The notes beneath the pieces are model-generated. The model saw only the letters and a program-made list of their open reading frames with translations. It did no database searches and was not told the origin of the DNA. Positions 1-9,399 of a stretch of 64,000 nucleotides of DNA are shown here, piece after piece (position 1 is the stretch's first letter; every line of letters begins with the position of its first letter). This DNA is from Deferribacterales bacterium (lineage in GTDB: Bacteria; Chrysiogenota; Deferribacteres; Deferribacterales; Geovibrionaceae), in assembly GCA_050251875.1 (NCBI GenBank), contig JBFWMA010000006.1, positions 132,024-196,023 of the forward strand. The letters are read 5' to 3'. The translations under genes and the position numbers were made by a program.

Positions 1-8
1 TGGGGATC

Positions 9-1199
9 ATGTCGGACAAGTCTTCTTATATCGCGGCGGAGCTGGGCAATATTGTCACAGCCGTTCTGAAAAAGATGGCGGCGGAAAAATCCAAAGTATC
101 CGCTGTTAACATCAGCTCATATCTTTCTGAAAACAATCAGTATCAGAAACTTGTAAATAACGCGATGACAGGCGGGGATAAGTCTGATCTGCTGAAATAT
201 GTAACACCTCTGAACGGGTTCGTTCCGGACGCCGGACTCAGAAGCGTGGAAGAGCAGATATTCAGCCAGGACAAAACACACGATGACGCCGTAAACGCCC
301 TTCTGAAAACCCTCACAGACCATGTGCTCACTCTGGAAAAACGCCAGCACAAGATCAGCACATTCATAGAGGACGTATTCTCTAAATTCGTCACACTTCA
401 GGCGGATCTGACACACAGCTTCGGAACTAATCTGGAATTCGTGGAAAAAGATCTGGCGATGGACAAAAAACTGCTGAACGAAGCGCAGGATATGCACAAA
501 ATACTTAAGAGCGAAGACTCTATCGAATATCTGAAATCCAGAATGCTCGAGTCATTCTCATCCTTCGTAAATACCTTCGGTCAGAAAACGGAAACCAAAA
601 AAGGACATCTGGACGAGATAGCCAAAGAATACTCCAGTGTCAATGACGAGCTGGAACAGTATAAGAAACAGGTCAGCCAGCTTCAGTGCGACCTTAATAA
701 ATATAAGAATGAATCTATAAAAGACCATATGACAGGTCTTTTTAACAGAAAATATATGGATCTGAAACTCAACGAAGAGATGGAAAGATTCAAACGTCAG
801 GGTCAGCCTTTCTGCATAGTCATGGCAGACATAGACAAATTCAAAAGCGTGAACGACACCTACGGACATCAGGTGGGCGATCAGGTTCTTAAACATATGG
901 CAAAACTCATTCAGGAGAACATCAGAAAGACAGACTTCGCTTTCCGTTACGGCGGCGAGGAATTCATGATTATACTGGTGAACGCCGATGTAAGAAACGC
1001 CGTCCATGTCTCCGAACAGATCAGAAAAAAGCTGGAAGCAACCAACTTCAGCCTGAAAGACCTGTCGTTCAATGTCACAGCCAGCTTCGGCGTGGCTCAG
1101 TTCCAGCCTAACGACACACCCGAATCCTGCATCAAACTGGCTGACAGCAGGCTTTACACCGCCAAACAAACCGGAAGGAATAAGATAGTCAGTCAATAA
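9..1199 (+). CDS. Diguanylate cyclase (N-terminal helical/coiled-coil region + GGDEF domain)
   Basis: C-terminal DHMTGLFNR...DIDKFKSVNDTYGHQVGD...RYGGEEF motifs; RxxD inhibitory site (RKTD) 5 residues before GGEEF. Confidence 0.95.
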   Translation: MSDKSSYIAAELGNIVTAVLKKMAAEKSKVSAVNISSYLSENNQYQKLVNNAMTGGDKSDLLKYVTPLNGFVPDAGLRSVEEQIFSQDKTHDDAVNALLKTLTDHVLTLEKRQHKISTFIEDVFSKFVTLQADLTHSFGTNLEFVEKDLAMDKKLLNEAQDMHKILKSEDSIEYLKSRMLESFSSFVNTFGQKTETKKGHLDEIAKEYSSVNDELEQYKKQVSQLQCDLNKYKNESIKDHMTGLFNRKYMDLKLNEEMERFKRQGQPFCIVMADIDKFKSVNDTYGHQVGDQVLKHMAKLIQENIRKTDFAFRYGGEEFMIILVNADVRNAVHVSEQIRKKLEATNFSLKDLSFNVTASFGVAQFQPNDTPESCIKLADSRLYTAKQTGRNKIVSQ

Positions 1200-1207
1200 A
1201 AATCAGT

Positions 1208-1648
1208 TCACAGTTTTTCTGTGAGCCGGCTCAAAACCTGAAGAGCGCTATTCAGCTCTTCCTCCGTAAATCCGTCCGCAAGCCCGTTTGCCCACGGGAT
1301 CTGTCTCTGCATAACCAGATGAAACAGCCGCCTGCCCTCTTCTGTGGGCTTAACCAGTTTCGCCCTTTTATGATAAGGGTTCTCGGCATATTCCACCTGC
1401 CCGTCCTTCTCCATCATATCTGCCACACGCTGAACAGCCTGTCTTGTCAGCCCCATTCTGGCGGATATTTTGGCAACAGTCATGTCGTCTTCGTCAAAAT
1501 ATATCAGCGAACCGAGAACATCCCATCTGGCGTTGGTCAGCCCCAGGTCTTTCGACATCCTGTCGCCGTCCTGCCTCATCTGTCCCGCGGCTCTTATCAC
1601 ATTTAATATGATGGATGTCAGAATCCTGCCCTTCTCTGTGTGTTCCAT
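1208..1648 (-). CDS. MarR-family transcriptional regulator
   Basis: wHTH pattern (GLTNARWDVL...ISARMGLTRQAVQRVAD...NPYHKRAKLVKPTEEG); start placed at MEHTEKG (1648) rather than the track's 1684. Confidence 0.9.
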   Translation of the reverse strand: MEHTEKGRILTSIILNVIRAAGQMRQDGDRMSKDLGLTNARWDVLGSLIYFDEDDMTVAKISARMGLTRQAVQRVADMMEKDGQVEYAENPYHKRAKLVKPTEEGRRLFHLVMQRQIPWANGLADGFTEEELNSALQVLSRLTEKL

Positions 1649-1667
1649 TGCGTCTCCAGAATTATCT

Positions 1668-1702
1668 TGACAAGATATTGTCATTATGACAGTGTATTGT
1701 CA
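1668..1702. promoter_or_regulatory. Two tandem palindromic operators TGACA-N6-TGTCA, probable MarR binding sites
   Basis: TGACAAGATATTGTCA (1668-1683) and TGACAGTGTATTGTCA (1687-1702) lie in the 75-bp gap between the divergent marR and membrane protein genes. Confidence 0.75.
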
Positions 1703-1723
1703 ATATTAAATCCGGAGTCAGTC

Positions 1724-2227
1724 ATGGTAAAACTCAGCGCAAACGGACAGAAGATACTGAAAACCATCCACCTTTTAACAGCGGGCGGCTGGGTGGCGGG
1801 CGCCTTTACCCTCACCATCATGTATTTTCTGAAATCAGACATCACAGACGGAGACGTCCTCTACGGCGTTAACCTCAGTATGCACTTCATAGACAATATG
1901 CTGGTGATTATAGTCGGCGCTGTGGGCTGTCTGGTTACGGGGCTTGTCTATTCCGTCTTTACCGGATTCGGCTTCTTTAAACACCGCTGGATCATCTTCA
2001 AATGGATAGTGACAGTCTCCTGCATACTCTTCGGCACATTCTATCTGGGAGTATGGGAAACCAACATGACAGAGATATCAGGCAGACTCAGAGACGGAGC
2101 TTTCACCGATCCCGCATATCTTTATAACCAGAAGATGCAGTTCATCTACGGCGCAGTTCAGCTCCTGATTCTTATAATCACGGTATTTGTCTCTGTGTTC
2201 AAACCCTGGAAAAAGAAGACTAGATAA
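1724..2227 (+). CDS. Four-TM membrane protein (DUF2269-like)
   Basis: LKTIHLL...W..G, GLVYS.FTGFGFFKHRWIIFKW and terminal SVFKPW motifs; four hydrophobic segments; ATG at 1724 after GGAG. Confidence 0.75.
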   Translation: MVKLSANGQKILKTIHLLTAGGWVAGAFTLTIMYFLKSDITDGDVLYGVNLSMHFIDNMLVIIVGAVGCLVTGLVYSVFTGFGFFKHRWIIFKWIVTVSCILFGTFYLGVWETNMTEISGRLRDGAFTDPAYLYNQKMQFIYGAVQLLILIITVFVSVFKPWKKKTR

Positions 2228-3026
2228 CCATTCCGTCATACGCCACGAAGGTGTTGGCGAACTGGCGGCGTGCCATGATGCCCATCTCGTCCAGCGTGAT
2301 GTCGTCATAGTCCGGGTTGTGGTGTGTCAGAACAAGATTTTTCACATTCGCTTTTTTCACGAATTCGATACCCTGCTGATATGTGGAATGTCCCCAGCCC
2401 ACTCTGCTCATGCCTGATTTTCCGGCGTATTCATCCGGGTGATATGTGGTGTCGTATATCAGATAATCGCATCCGCAGGCAAACTCTATCAGAAAATCAT
2501 CCACCGGTGTTCCGTGTTCATAGTCGGATGTGAACAGAACGGATTTGTCGGGATAAATAATCTTATACATCATAACGCCGTCCGGGTGGTTGCCCTCTGC
2601 GGCGTGGATATCTATTCCGGGGAAAGAGAACTGATCGCCTGTGTCGATCAGGTTCATTGAAATCTCCGCCCTCAGCTTGTTTCTGGGCACGGGGAAGAAC
2701 GGAGGATTAAACAGCACTTCCAGAATATCTGTGGACTGAAGAGACGGTTTATTCTCCAGATAGATGTGAATCTTTTTCTTATGATTGTAAAAAGCCTGAA
2801 AAATCGGCACACCCACGATGTGATCCCAGTGCAGGTGAGTAAGAAATATATGGTATTCCTCGAAATTGTTGTATTTGTTCAGGCTCATAATGCCTGTTCC
2901 GCCGTCAAAGATAATGCATGATCTTTCATCGATGGGCGTCATCAGACAGGTGGTGTTCCCGCCGTATTTGACAAACCGCTGTCCGGAGACAGGAAGCGTG
3001 CCTCTGGTTCCCAGAAGATAGAGCAT
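2220..3026 (-). CDS. Metallo-beta-lactamase-fold hydrolase (phosphodiesterase-like)
   Basis: LGTRG, YGGNTTC, THLHWDH, SDYEH, GWGHS, THHNP motifs. Confidence 0.88.
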   Translation of the reverse strand: MLYLLGTRGTLPVSGQRFVKYGGNTTCLMTPIDERSCIIFDGGTGIMSLNKYNNFEEYHIFLTHLHWDHIVGVPIFQAFYNHKKKIHIYLENKPSLQSTDILEVLFNPPFFPVPRNKLRAEISMNLIDTGDQFSFPGIDIHAAEGNHPDGVMMYKIIYPDKSVLFTSDYEHGTPVDDFLIEFACGCDYLIYDTTYHPDEYAGKSGMSRVGWGHSTYQQGIEFVKKANVKNLVLTHHNPDYDDITLDEMGIMARRQFANTFVAYDGMVI

Positions 3027-3838
3027 CAGAACCTCTTAGTTAAAGTAACCTTGTTACCTTTATCGTTGTATTTCACTTCATCGAAGTACATTCTGGTGAT
3101 GAGAATACCTCTGCCGTGCAGTTTCAGAAGCCCTTCGGGATCTGTGGGATCGGGAAGTGTATTCACGTCAAAACCGCTGCCTTCATCTTCTAAGACAAGA
3201 GTCATCTGCTCTTCGTTCACAACATAAGAGAAAGTGGCGTGTCTGGACATATATGTTTCGTTGCTCAGTCTTTCATTAACCAGATCATAATAGGTTCCGT
3301 TGTCTGTCGCCTCGAACTTCTCCTCTCCGGTGATGGCAAGGTTGCCGTGCTCAATGGCGTTGGTAAGCATCTCCGCCAGCCCCACACGCACCTTTTCCAG
3401 CGACTGAAAATTGAGAAAATAGACGAATTCTTTTGTAAGGGCATAGACAATGCGCTCAACGTTAAAAATGTCATTCTTCACCCGGAAGCATTTGCTGAGC
3501 TCCACAGGCGTCACGGAAGCCACGCTCGCCTCAAAGCATCCGTTGTGAACAACGGAATCGATAAGCTGTCTCAGGTGGATATACTGAAAGCAGGAGGGAA
3601 GCAGGATGTACTCGTGTGACTTCTTCACATTGTCAGAAATAAGGCAGACGGGGATATCCTTAATCCCGTCAATAACTGTTTTATCTTGTCTGTCAGTAAT
3701 ATAAAGAACTGTCGCCACATCATACTCAAAGGAGTCAGTGGATGCCAGATTCTCCATCTGAAACCGTTCCAGCTGACAAAAGTCCGCTACCTTTTCCAAG
3801 AGGTTGCTATCATTAATAAAACATGTTATTTTTTTCAT
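3026..3838 (-). CDS. RsbW-like anti-sigma/HATPase_c domain protein
   Basis: EMLTNAIEHGN, LEDEGSGFD, HGRGILI, YNDKGNKV motifs; likely start MKKITCF. Confidence 0.85.
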   Translation of the reverse strand: MKKITCFINDSNLLEKVADFCQLERFQMENLASTDSFEYDVATVLYITDRQDKTVIDGIKDIPVCLISDNVKKSHEYILLPSCFQYIHLRQLIDSVVHNGCFEASVASVTPVELSKCFRVKNDIFNVERIVYALTKEFVYFLNFQSLEKVRVGLAEMLTNAIEHGNLAITGEEKFEATDNGTYYDLVNERLSNETYMSRHATFSYVVNEEQMTLVLEDEGSGFDVNTLPDPTDPEGLLKLHGRGILITRMYFDEVKYNDKGNKVTLTKRF

Positions 3839-3876
3839 GGTCTCATTATACCACAAAGATTTTCTATAGGTCAACG

Positions 3877-5295
3877 ATGTTACTGAATAAAGAAATATTC
3901 CGCAGCTATGATATAAGAGGGGTTTACGGTGATCACCTCACCGAAAGCCTCGCCGAATCCGTCTCCTATGTTTTCGCCGTCCGTGTTTTTGAGGAAACGG
4001 GTAAAAATAACATAAGAATCTCGCTGGGCAGAGACATCCGTTTCTCATCATCTGACCTGCACAGAGGCGCTGTCAGAGGGCTTCTGAAGGCTGGAGCGGA
4101 TGTGGTGGATCTGGGCGAATGTCCCTCACCTCTCACATATTTCAGCATGTATTCAGCGGACACTGACGGATATCTTATGATAACCGGAAGCCACAACCCG
4201 CCCCAGTTCAACGGGCTTAAGGTTGGAACGAAAAACACCGTATATCACACCGACAAAATAGAGAGAATATACACCGATATAGTCACCGATCTGAAAAGCC
4301 CTAAGACCGAACCGGGCTCTCTCTCGGAATATGACGTCATTTCTGACTATAAAGCATACATGACAGACCATTTCAGCGGTCTGAAAAACAGTATAAAAAA
4401 ACTGGGCAGACCGCTCAGAATAGTTATAGACTGCGGCAGCGGTACGGCGTCCGGCATAGCTCCGGATATCTTTACCGCTCTGGGGGCGGATGTCCTGCCC
4501 CTGTACTGTGTTCCGGACGGCAGCTTCCCCGGACACCACCCCGACCCCACAGTGGAAAAAAACATGAGAGAGGCGAAAGACCTGCTCATCAGAAAATCCG
4601 CGGACATGGCGGTGGGATATGACGGAGACGCCGACCGTGTGGGCGCTCTGGACGACAAAGGACAGATGATCTGGGGAGATGAGCTGCTCTGCGTGCTCGC
4701 CGGCTCCATAGCGGAGAAACATAAAGGCGCCACAGTAGTGGCGGATGTGAAAGCCAGCAAGGGGCTTTATGAATATATCAGCTCGATAGGAATGAACCCC
4801 GTGATGTACCGCTCCGGTCACTCTATGATAAAGGTGCGGATGAAAGAGCTTAAGGCGGTTCTGGGCGGAGAGATGAGCGCTCATATATTCTTTGCCGACA
4901 GATATTTCGGATTCGATGACGGGATATACGCCTCCCTGCGTCTGGTGGAAGCGTATGTCGAAGGACTGCTGAGCGGCAGATTCAGTGTGTCGTCCGACAT
5001 GACGGCAGGAATACCGAAATACGTCAGCACGCCGGAGATCAGAGAGCCTTTTCCGGATGACAAAAAATTTGAAGTGCCTGAAAAGCTGAAAAACGTTTTC
5101 GCTGATTATAAAAAATACGGAATCATATCCGTAACGGACATAGACGGCGTCAGGGTGGAGTTCGAAAAAGGCTGGGCGCTGGTGCGTGCCAGCAACACGG
5201 AACCCCTGCTCGTCACCCGCTATGAGGCGGAAAATGAAAATGAACTCACACGCATAAGATCGCTCATAACTACAGAGCTGGATAAACTGAAATGA
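3877..5295 (+). CDS. Phosphomannomutase/phosphoglucomutase
   Basis: FRSYDIRG, ITGSHNP (catalytic Ser), DGDADR, GEMSAH, RASNTEP. Confidence 0.95.
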   Translation: MLLNKEIFRSYDIRGVYGDHLTESLAESVSYVFAVRVFEETGKNNIRISLGRDIRFSSSDLHRGAVRGLLKAGADVVDLGECPSPLTYFSMYSADTDGYLMITGSHNPPQFNGLKVGTKNTVYHTDKIERIYTDIVTDLKSPKTEPGSLSEYDVISDYKAYMTDHFSGLKNSIKKLGRPLRIVIDCGSGTASGIAPDIFTALGADVLPLYCVPDGSFPGHHPDPTVEKNMREAKDLLIRKSADMAVGYDGDADRVGALDDKGQMIWGDELLCVLAGSIAEKHKGATVVADVKASKGLYEYISSIGMNPVMYRSGHSMIKVRMKELKAVLGGEMSAHIFFADRYFGFDDGIYASLRLVEAYVEGLLSGRFSVSSDMTAGIPKYVSTPEIREPFPDDKKFEVPEKLKNVFADYKKYGIISVTDIDGVRVEFEKGWALVRASNTEPLLVTRYEAENENELTRIRSLITTELDKLK

Positions 5296-6350
5296 TAACA
5301 AGAAAAACAACAAAACAGATAACCGTCGGCAGCGTAAAGATAGGCGGGGACGCCCCCGTATCTATCCAGTCCATGACAAACACAGACACCCGTGACGTGG
5401 AGGCGACCACAGCCCAGATACACAGGCTGGAGGAAGCCGGATGCGAGATAGTCAGGCTTGCCGTGGTGGACGAGGAAGCGGCGAAGGCTTTCAGACCTAT
5501 CAAAGACAGAATAAAAATACCTATGATAGCCGATATCCATTTCGACTATAAACTCGCCATAATGGCGATGGAAAACGGAGCGGACGCCATCCGCATCAAC
5601 CCCGGAAACATAGGGTCAAAAGACAAGGTGAAGGCTGTGGTGGACGCCGCAAAAGCCCACAAATGCTCCATGAGAATAGGCGTCAACGCAGGCTCTCTGG
5701 AAAAAGACCTGCTGAAAAAATACGGCATATGTGCAAATTCACTTGTCTTATCAGCCAGAAACCATATAAACCATATAGAGTCATTAGGTTTTTCCGACAT
5801 AAAGATCAGTCTGAAGGCAAGCAGCGTTCCGCTGACATATCAGGCATATCAATTATTTTCTCAAAGCTCGGACTATCCTCTGCATATTGGCGTGACAGAG
5901 GCCGGTACATTTTTCGCCGGAACAGTGAAATCAGCCGCCGGAATAGGCGCTCTGCTGCTTTCAGGAATCGGCGACACGCTCAGAGTGTCACTCACAGGCG
6001 ACCCTGTGGAAGAGGTTCGTGTGGGATGGCAGCTTCTGAACGCTCTGGAGATACGCAGAAGAGGTCCGGAGATAATCTCCTGCCCCACCTGCGGACGCAC
6101 AGAGATAGACATGGTTTCGCTGGCGGAGAGAGTGGAATCCCTCTCATCCGGCTTTCAGTCTACCATCAGCATAGCGGTCATGGGATGCCCCGTGAACGGA
6201 CCCGGAGAGGCGAAGCACGCGGACTACGGCATAGCCGGAGGCAGGGGGCAGGGAATCATCTTCAAAAAGGGTCAGGTGGTGAAAAAAGTGAAAGAGAGTG
6301 AGCTGATCGGCGAATTTTTTGACCTGCTGAAGAGCGATGGTGTCAAATAA
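5292..6350 (+). CDS. ispG: 4-hydroxy-3-methylbut-2-en-1-yl diphosphate synthase
   Basis: IQSMTNT, ADIHFDY, RINPGNIG, RIGVNAGSL, SCPTCGR, MGCPVNGPGEA. Confidence 0.98.
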   Translation: MITRKTTKQITVGSVKIGGDAPVSIQSMTNTDTRDVEATTAQIHRLEEAGCEIVRLAVVDEEAAKAFRPIKDRIKIPMIADIHFDYKLAIMAMENGADAIRINPGNIGSKDKVKAVVDAAKAHKCSMRIGVNAGSLEKDLLKKYGICANSLVLSARNHINHIESLGFSDIKISLKASSVPLTYQAYQLFSQSSDYPLHIGVTEAGTFFAGTVKSAAGIGALLLSGIGDTLRVSLTGDPVEEVRVGWQLLNALEIRRRGPEIISCPTCGRTEIDMVSLAERVESLSSGFQSTISIAVMGCPVNGPGEAKHADYGIAGGRGQGIIFKKGQVVKKVKESELIGEFFDLLKSDGVK

Positions 6351-6409
6351 CCGTGTTTTTATGAAAATGTTACTATATAATCTATCATAATTATTTTAAG
6401 GAGCCTGAT

Positions 6410-7075
6410 GTGAGCATCGCTGAACATTTATCCGGAATTACCATTTTTGAAACAGTTGAAACAGATGAGCTGGAAAGGCTCGCCAGCTTCTGCAAGCTGA
6501 AAAAATTTGTAAAAGACGAAGTGGTCTTTCACAAAGGTGATCAGGGAACCGACATGTACGCCATTATATCCGGCGCTTTTCGTGTGGTTCTGATAGACGG
6601 AAACGGAGACGAGATCATCCTCTCCATAGTAAAACCCGGAAACATAGTAGGCGAACTCAGTATGATAGACGGTCTGGGACGCACAGGCACACTCGTTGCC
6701 GATGAGCCCTCCGAGATGGTTCTCATACCCAGAAAAGCATTCAACGAACTTCTGCATAAAAACTTCAGCGTGTCTCTGTATCTGCTGGAGATTCTTTCCG
6801 AACGCCTCAGAAAAGCTGACGAGCTGATAGAATCCCTCGCTTTTCTCAATGTTAAGGAGAGGATAGTAAAATTCTTCTTAGACAGTGTGGAGGAAGGACA
6901 GGAACCCCAGAACGGATACTATTCAGTGAGAAAATATACCCATCAGGAGCTTTCAAACATGATAGGCGCCTCCCGTGAGTCAGTGACGAAATGTCTTAAG
7001 ATTCTCACGCTGGAAGGAACCATTAAGCCGAAAGAAGACTGCCTCATGGTGAAGGAAGCTACTGTTCTTTACTGA
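6410..7075 (+). CDS. Crp/Fnr-family transcriptional regulator
   Basis: cNMP-binding domain (GELSMIDG..RT) and C-terminal HTH (THQELSNMIGASRESVTK). Confidence 0.93.
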   Translation: MSIAEHLSGITIFETVETDELERLASFCKLKKFVKDEVVFHKGDQGTDMYAIISGAFRVVLIDGNGDEIILSIVKPGNIVGELSMIDGLGRTGTLVADEPSEMVLIPRKAFNELLHKNFSVSLYLLEILSERLRKADELIESLAFLNVKERIVKFFLDSVEEGQEPQNGYYSVRKYTHQELSNMIGASRESVTKCLKILTLEGTIKPKEDCLMVKEATVLY

Positions 7076-7238
7076 TCTTCTTTTCTAAAAACATCAGACA
7101 TTCGTGCCCGGTGGACTGAAAAACCCTGAGAGAAGGCAGGGAAGCGGTTTTGAACCCCATCGCCCTGCATCCGTAAGGATATTTCTTATCCCATGTGATG
7201 TAATAATGTTCGCACTTCCGGCAGTTAATCCTTTTCAA
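7059..7238 (-). CDS. Small 59-aa Cys-rich conserved protein (family often auto-annotated 'uracil-DNA glycosylase'); absent from the ORF track
   Basis: Hand translation from TTG: MKRINCRKCEHYYITWDKKYPYGCRAMGFKTASLPSLRVFQSTGHECLMFLEKKISKEQ; GGAG 9 nt upstream. Confidence 0.8.
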   Translation of the reverse strand: MKRINCRKCEHYYITWDKKYPYGCRAMGFKTASLPSLRVFQSTGHECLMFLEKKISKEQ

Positions 7239-7303
7239 TTGCTCAATCTCCGAATATGATGATAAGTATATAATTAATATTTTATTATTGGAAGAGGATT
7301 AAG

Positions 7304-9241
7304 ATGTTTGTAAATTACCGTCCCGATATTTTATCAACCGCCAGATCCGAAATGGATTCCATCCTGTCAGAAAACAGGGAAAACCTCAATAAACTGCTTA
7401 ATATCAAAGATAAAACATATATCAGCTTTATCCGCCCCATGATGGATATGGACATGCGTATAGCGGAGTTTTTCACCCCTGTGTCCCATATCAACTTCGT
7501 GAACAACACGGAAGAGACTCAGGAAGTCTATAACTACTGCCTGCCCGAAATCACCAGATATGCCACAGAGATAGGACAGAACAGAGATGTGTATGAAGCG
7601 GTTCTCTCGGTGTATGAAAAAGAGAAAAACACGCTGGACAAAACCCAGCTGAAGACTCTGGATAATATGCTCAAGGGATTCCGCCTGTCCGGCGTTCATC
7701 TGGACGATGACAAAAAAGCCAGGCTGATGGACATCAACATGGAACTGAACAAACTCAGCACGGACTATGCTCAGAATGTAATGAAGGATACTGATGCCTT
7801 CGAGATAATCATAGAAGACCCGAAAGACGTGGAGGGCATCCCCGAACCCGACCTGAAAGCCGCCAAATGCGACAAAGGCTGGAGATTCACTCTGAAAATG
7901 CCCAGCTACATAGCGTACATGACCTACGGCGTGAACAGAGACATCAGAGAACAGCTCTATAAGGCATACTGCACCAGAGCGCCCCAGAATGCGGATCTGA
8001 TAGAACAGACGCTGAAACTGCGCAAAGAAAAGGCGCAGATTCTGGGATTTAAAAGATACGCCGACCTGTCGCTGGAAAGGAAGAACGCCGACAGCCCGGA
8101 AACAGTGCTCAGTTTTCTCACAGACCTCACAGGAAAAGCCAGAAAACAGGCTGAATCTGAAGTGGAGAAGCTGAAAAAAGCCTCCGGACTGAAAGATATC
8201 CAGAGCCACGACACCACATTTTACTCAGAAAAACTAAGACGCACTGAGTGCGGATACGATGAGCAGGCATACCGCCCATATTTCGAGCAGGAGACAGTCG
8301 TCAGAGGACTCTTTGACTTCATATTCAGCCTGTTCGCGGTGGGATTCAGCAGAGCGGACGTGCCAGTATGGCATGAAAGCGTGAAGGCATACGACCTGTT
8401 CAAAAACGGCGAAATATTCGCCCGCATATACCTCGATCTCGAGTTCCGCAACGGCAAACGTGACGGAGCATGGATGAACGACTGGCAGACCAGACACATA
8501 GACGCTATGGGCAGGGTGAGACCGGCTACGGCTCTCATCTGCGCCAATTTTCCTCAGTCAACGCCTGAGAACCCCTCTCTGCTGCGCCACAGCGATGTCG
8601 TGACGCTGTTCCACGAGATGGGTCACGCTCTGCACCATCTGCTGTCTGACGTGAACGAGGCGGATGTCAGCGGGGTAAACGGAGTGGAGTGGGACGTGAT
8701 AGAGTTCCCGTCACAGTTTCTGGAACTTTTCGCATACAGCCGTGAGGTTCTGAGAATGTTCGCCAGACACCACGAAACAGGCGAAGTTCTGACAGAAGAA
8801 ATGATAGACAAGCTGGACTGCGTGCGCACCTTCATGTCCGCCAGCGCCATGATGCGCCAGCTGGAGTTCGGCACATTCGACATTCTGATACACGAGGAAG
8901 CCTACAGCGCGGAAGACGTCCAGAAGATTCTGGATGGCGTGCGCCAAAAAACCTCCATCATCGTTCCGCCGTCATACAACAGATTCCAGAACAGCTTCAG
9001 CCACATCTTCGCCGGAGGATACGGCGCCGGATACTACAGCTATAAATGGGCGGAAAGACTGTCATGCGATGCCTACAGCATTTTTGAAAAGCACGGCGTG
9101 TTTCACCGTGAGACAGGAGAGAGCTTTCTGAACAATGTGCTGAGCAAGGGCGGATCGGGAGACATGATAGAGTTCTTCAGAACATTCGCCGGAAGAGAAC
9201 CCGACAACACTGCCCTTCTGACAGTCAACGGAATAAAATAG
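7304..9241 (+). CDS. prlC: M3-family metallopeptidase (oligopeptidase A)
   Basis: FHEMGHALH zinc motif, GKRDGAWM, WDVIEFPSQFLE, FSHIFAGGYGAGYYSYKWAE. Confidence 0.95.
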   Translation: MFVNYRPDILSTARSEMDSILSENRENLNKLLNIKDKTYISFIRPMMDMDMRIAEFFTPVSHINFVNNTEETQEVYNYCLPEITRYATEIGQNRDVYEAVLSVYEKEKNTLDKTQLKTLDNMLKGFRLSGVHLDDDKKARLMDINMELNKLSTDYAQNVMKDTDAFEIIIEDPKDVEGIPEPDLKAAKCDKGWRFTLKMPSYIAYMTYGVNRDIREQLYKAYCTRAPQNADLIEQTLKLRKEKAQILGFKRYADLSLERKNADSPETVLSFLTDLTGKARKQAESEVEKLKKASGLKDIQSHDTTFYSEKLRRTECGYDEQAYRPYFEQETVVRGLFDFIFSLFAVGFSRADVPVWHESVKAYDLFKNGEIFARIYLDLEFRNGKRDGAWMNDWQTRHIDAMGRVRPATALICANFPQSTPENPSLLRHSDVVTLFHEMGHALHHLLSDVNEADVSGVNGVEWDVIEFPSQFLELFAYSREVLRMFARHHETGEVLTEEMIDKLDCVRTFMSASAMMRQLEFGTFDILIHEEAYSAEDVQKILDGVRQKTSIIVPPSYNRFQNSFSHIFAGGYGAGYYSYKWAERLSCDAYSIFEKHGVFHRETGESFLNNVLSKGGSGDMIEFFRTFAGREPDNTALLTVNGIK

Positions 9242-9250
9242 AGAGAAACA

Positions 9251-9352
9251 AAACCACAGGAAGTGGTTCGTGGAGCGTCAGCGTAACGTGAGTGTAGTGA
9301 GGGCTTAGCCCGAATGAAGCGGTATCAGAAATTTTCCACGGACGGAAAATTT
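9251..9352 (+). repeat. Structured REP-like intergenic element with GGA-loop hairpins
   Basis: AACCAC-AGGAA-GTGGTT and AATTTTCC-ACGGAC-GGAAAATT stem-loops directly after the prlC stop. Confidence 0.5.
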
Positions 9353-9368
9353 ATGCAAAATAAAATTG

Positions 9369-9398
9369 AGGCGGTCTGTTGACCGCCTTATTATTTTA
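9369..9398. terminator. Probable intrinsic terminator between convergent genes
   Basis: AGGCGGTC-TGTT-GACCGCCT hairpin with T/A-rich flanks. Confidence 0.7.
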
Positions 9399-9399
9399 C

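Noticed and set aside
7076..7240. 6S RNA or riboswitch in the apparent intergenic gap
   Set aside because: Better explained by the 59-aa minus-strand CDS with RBS and conserved cysteines.
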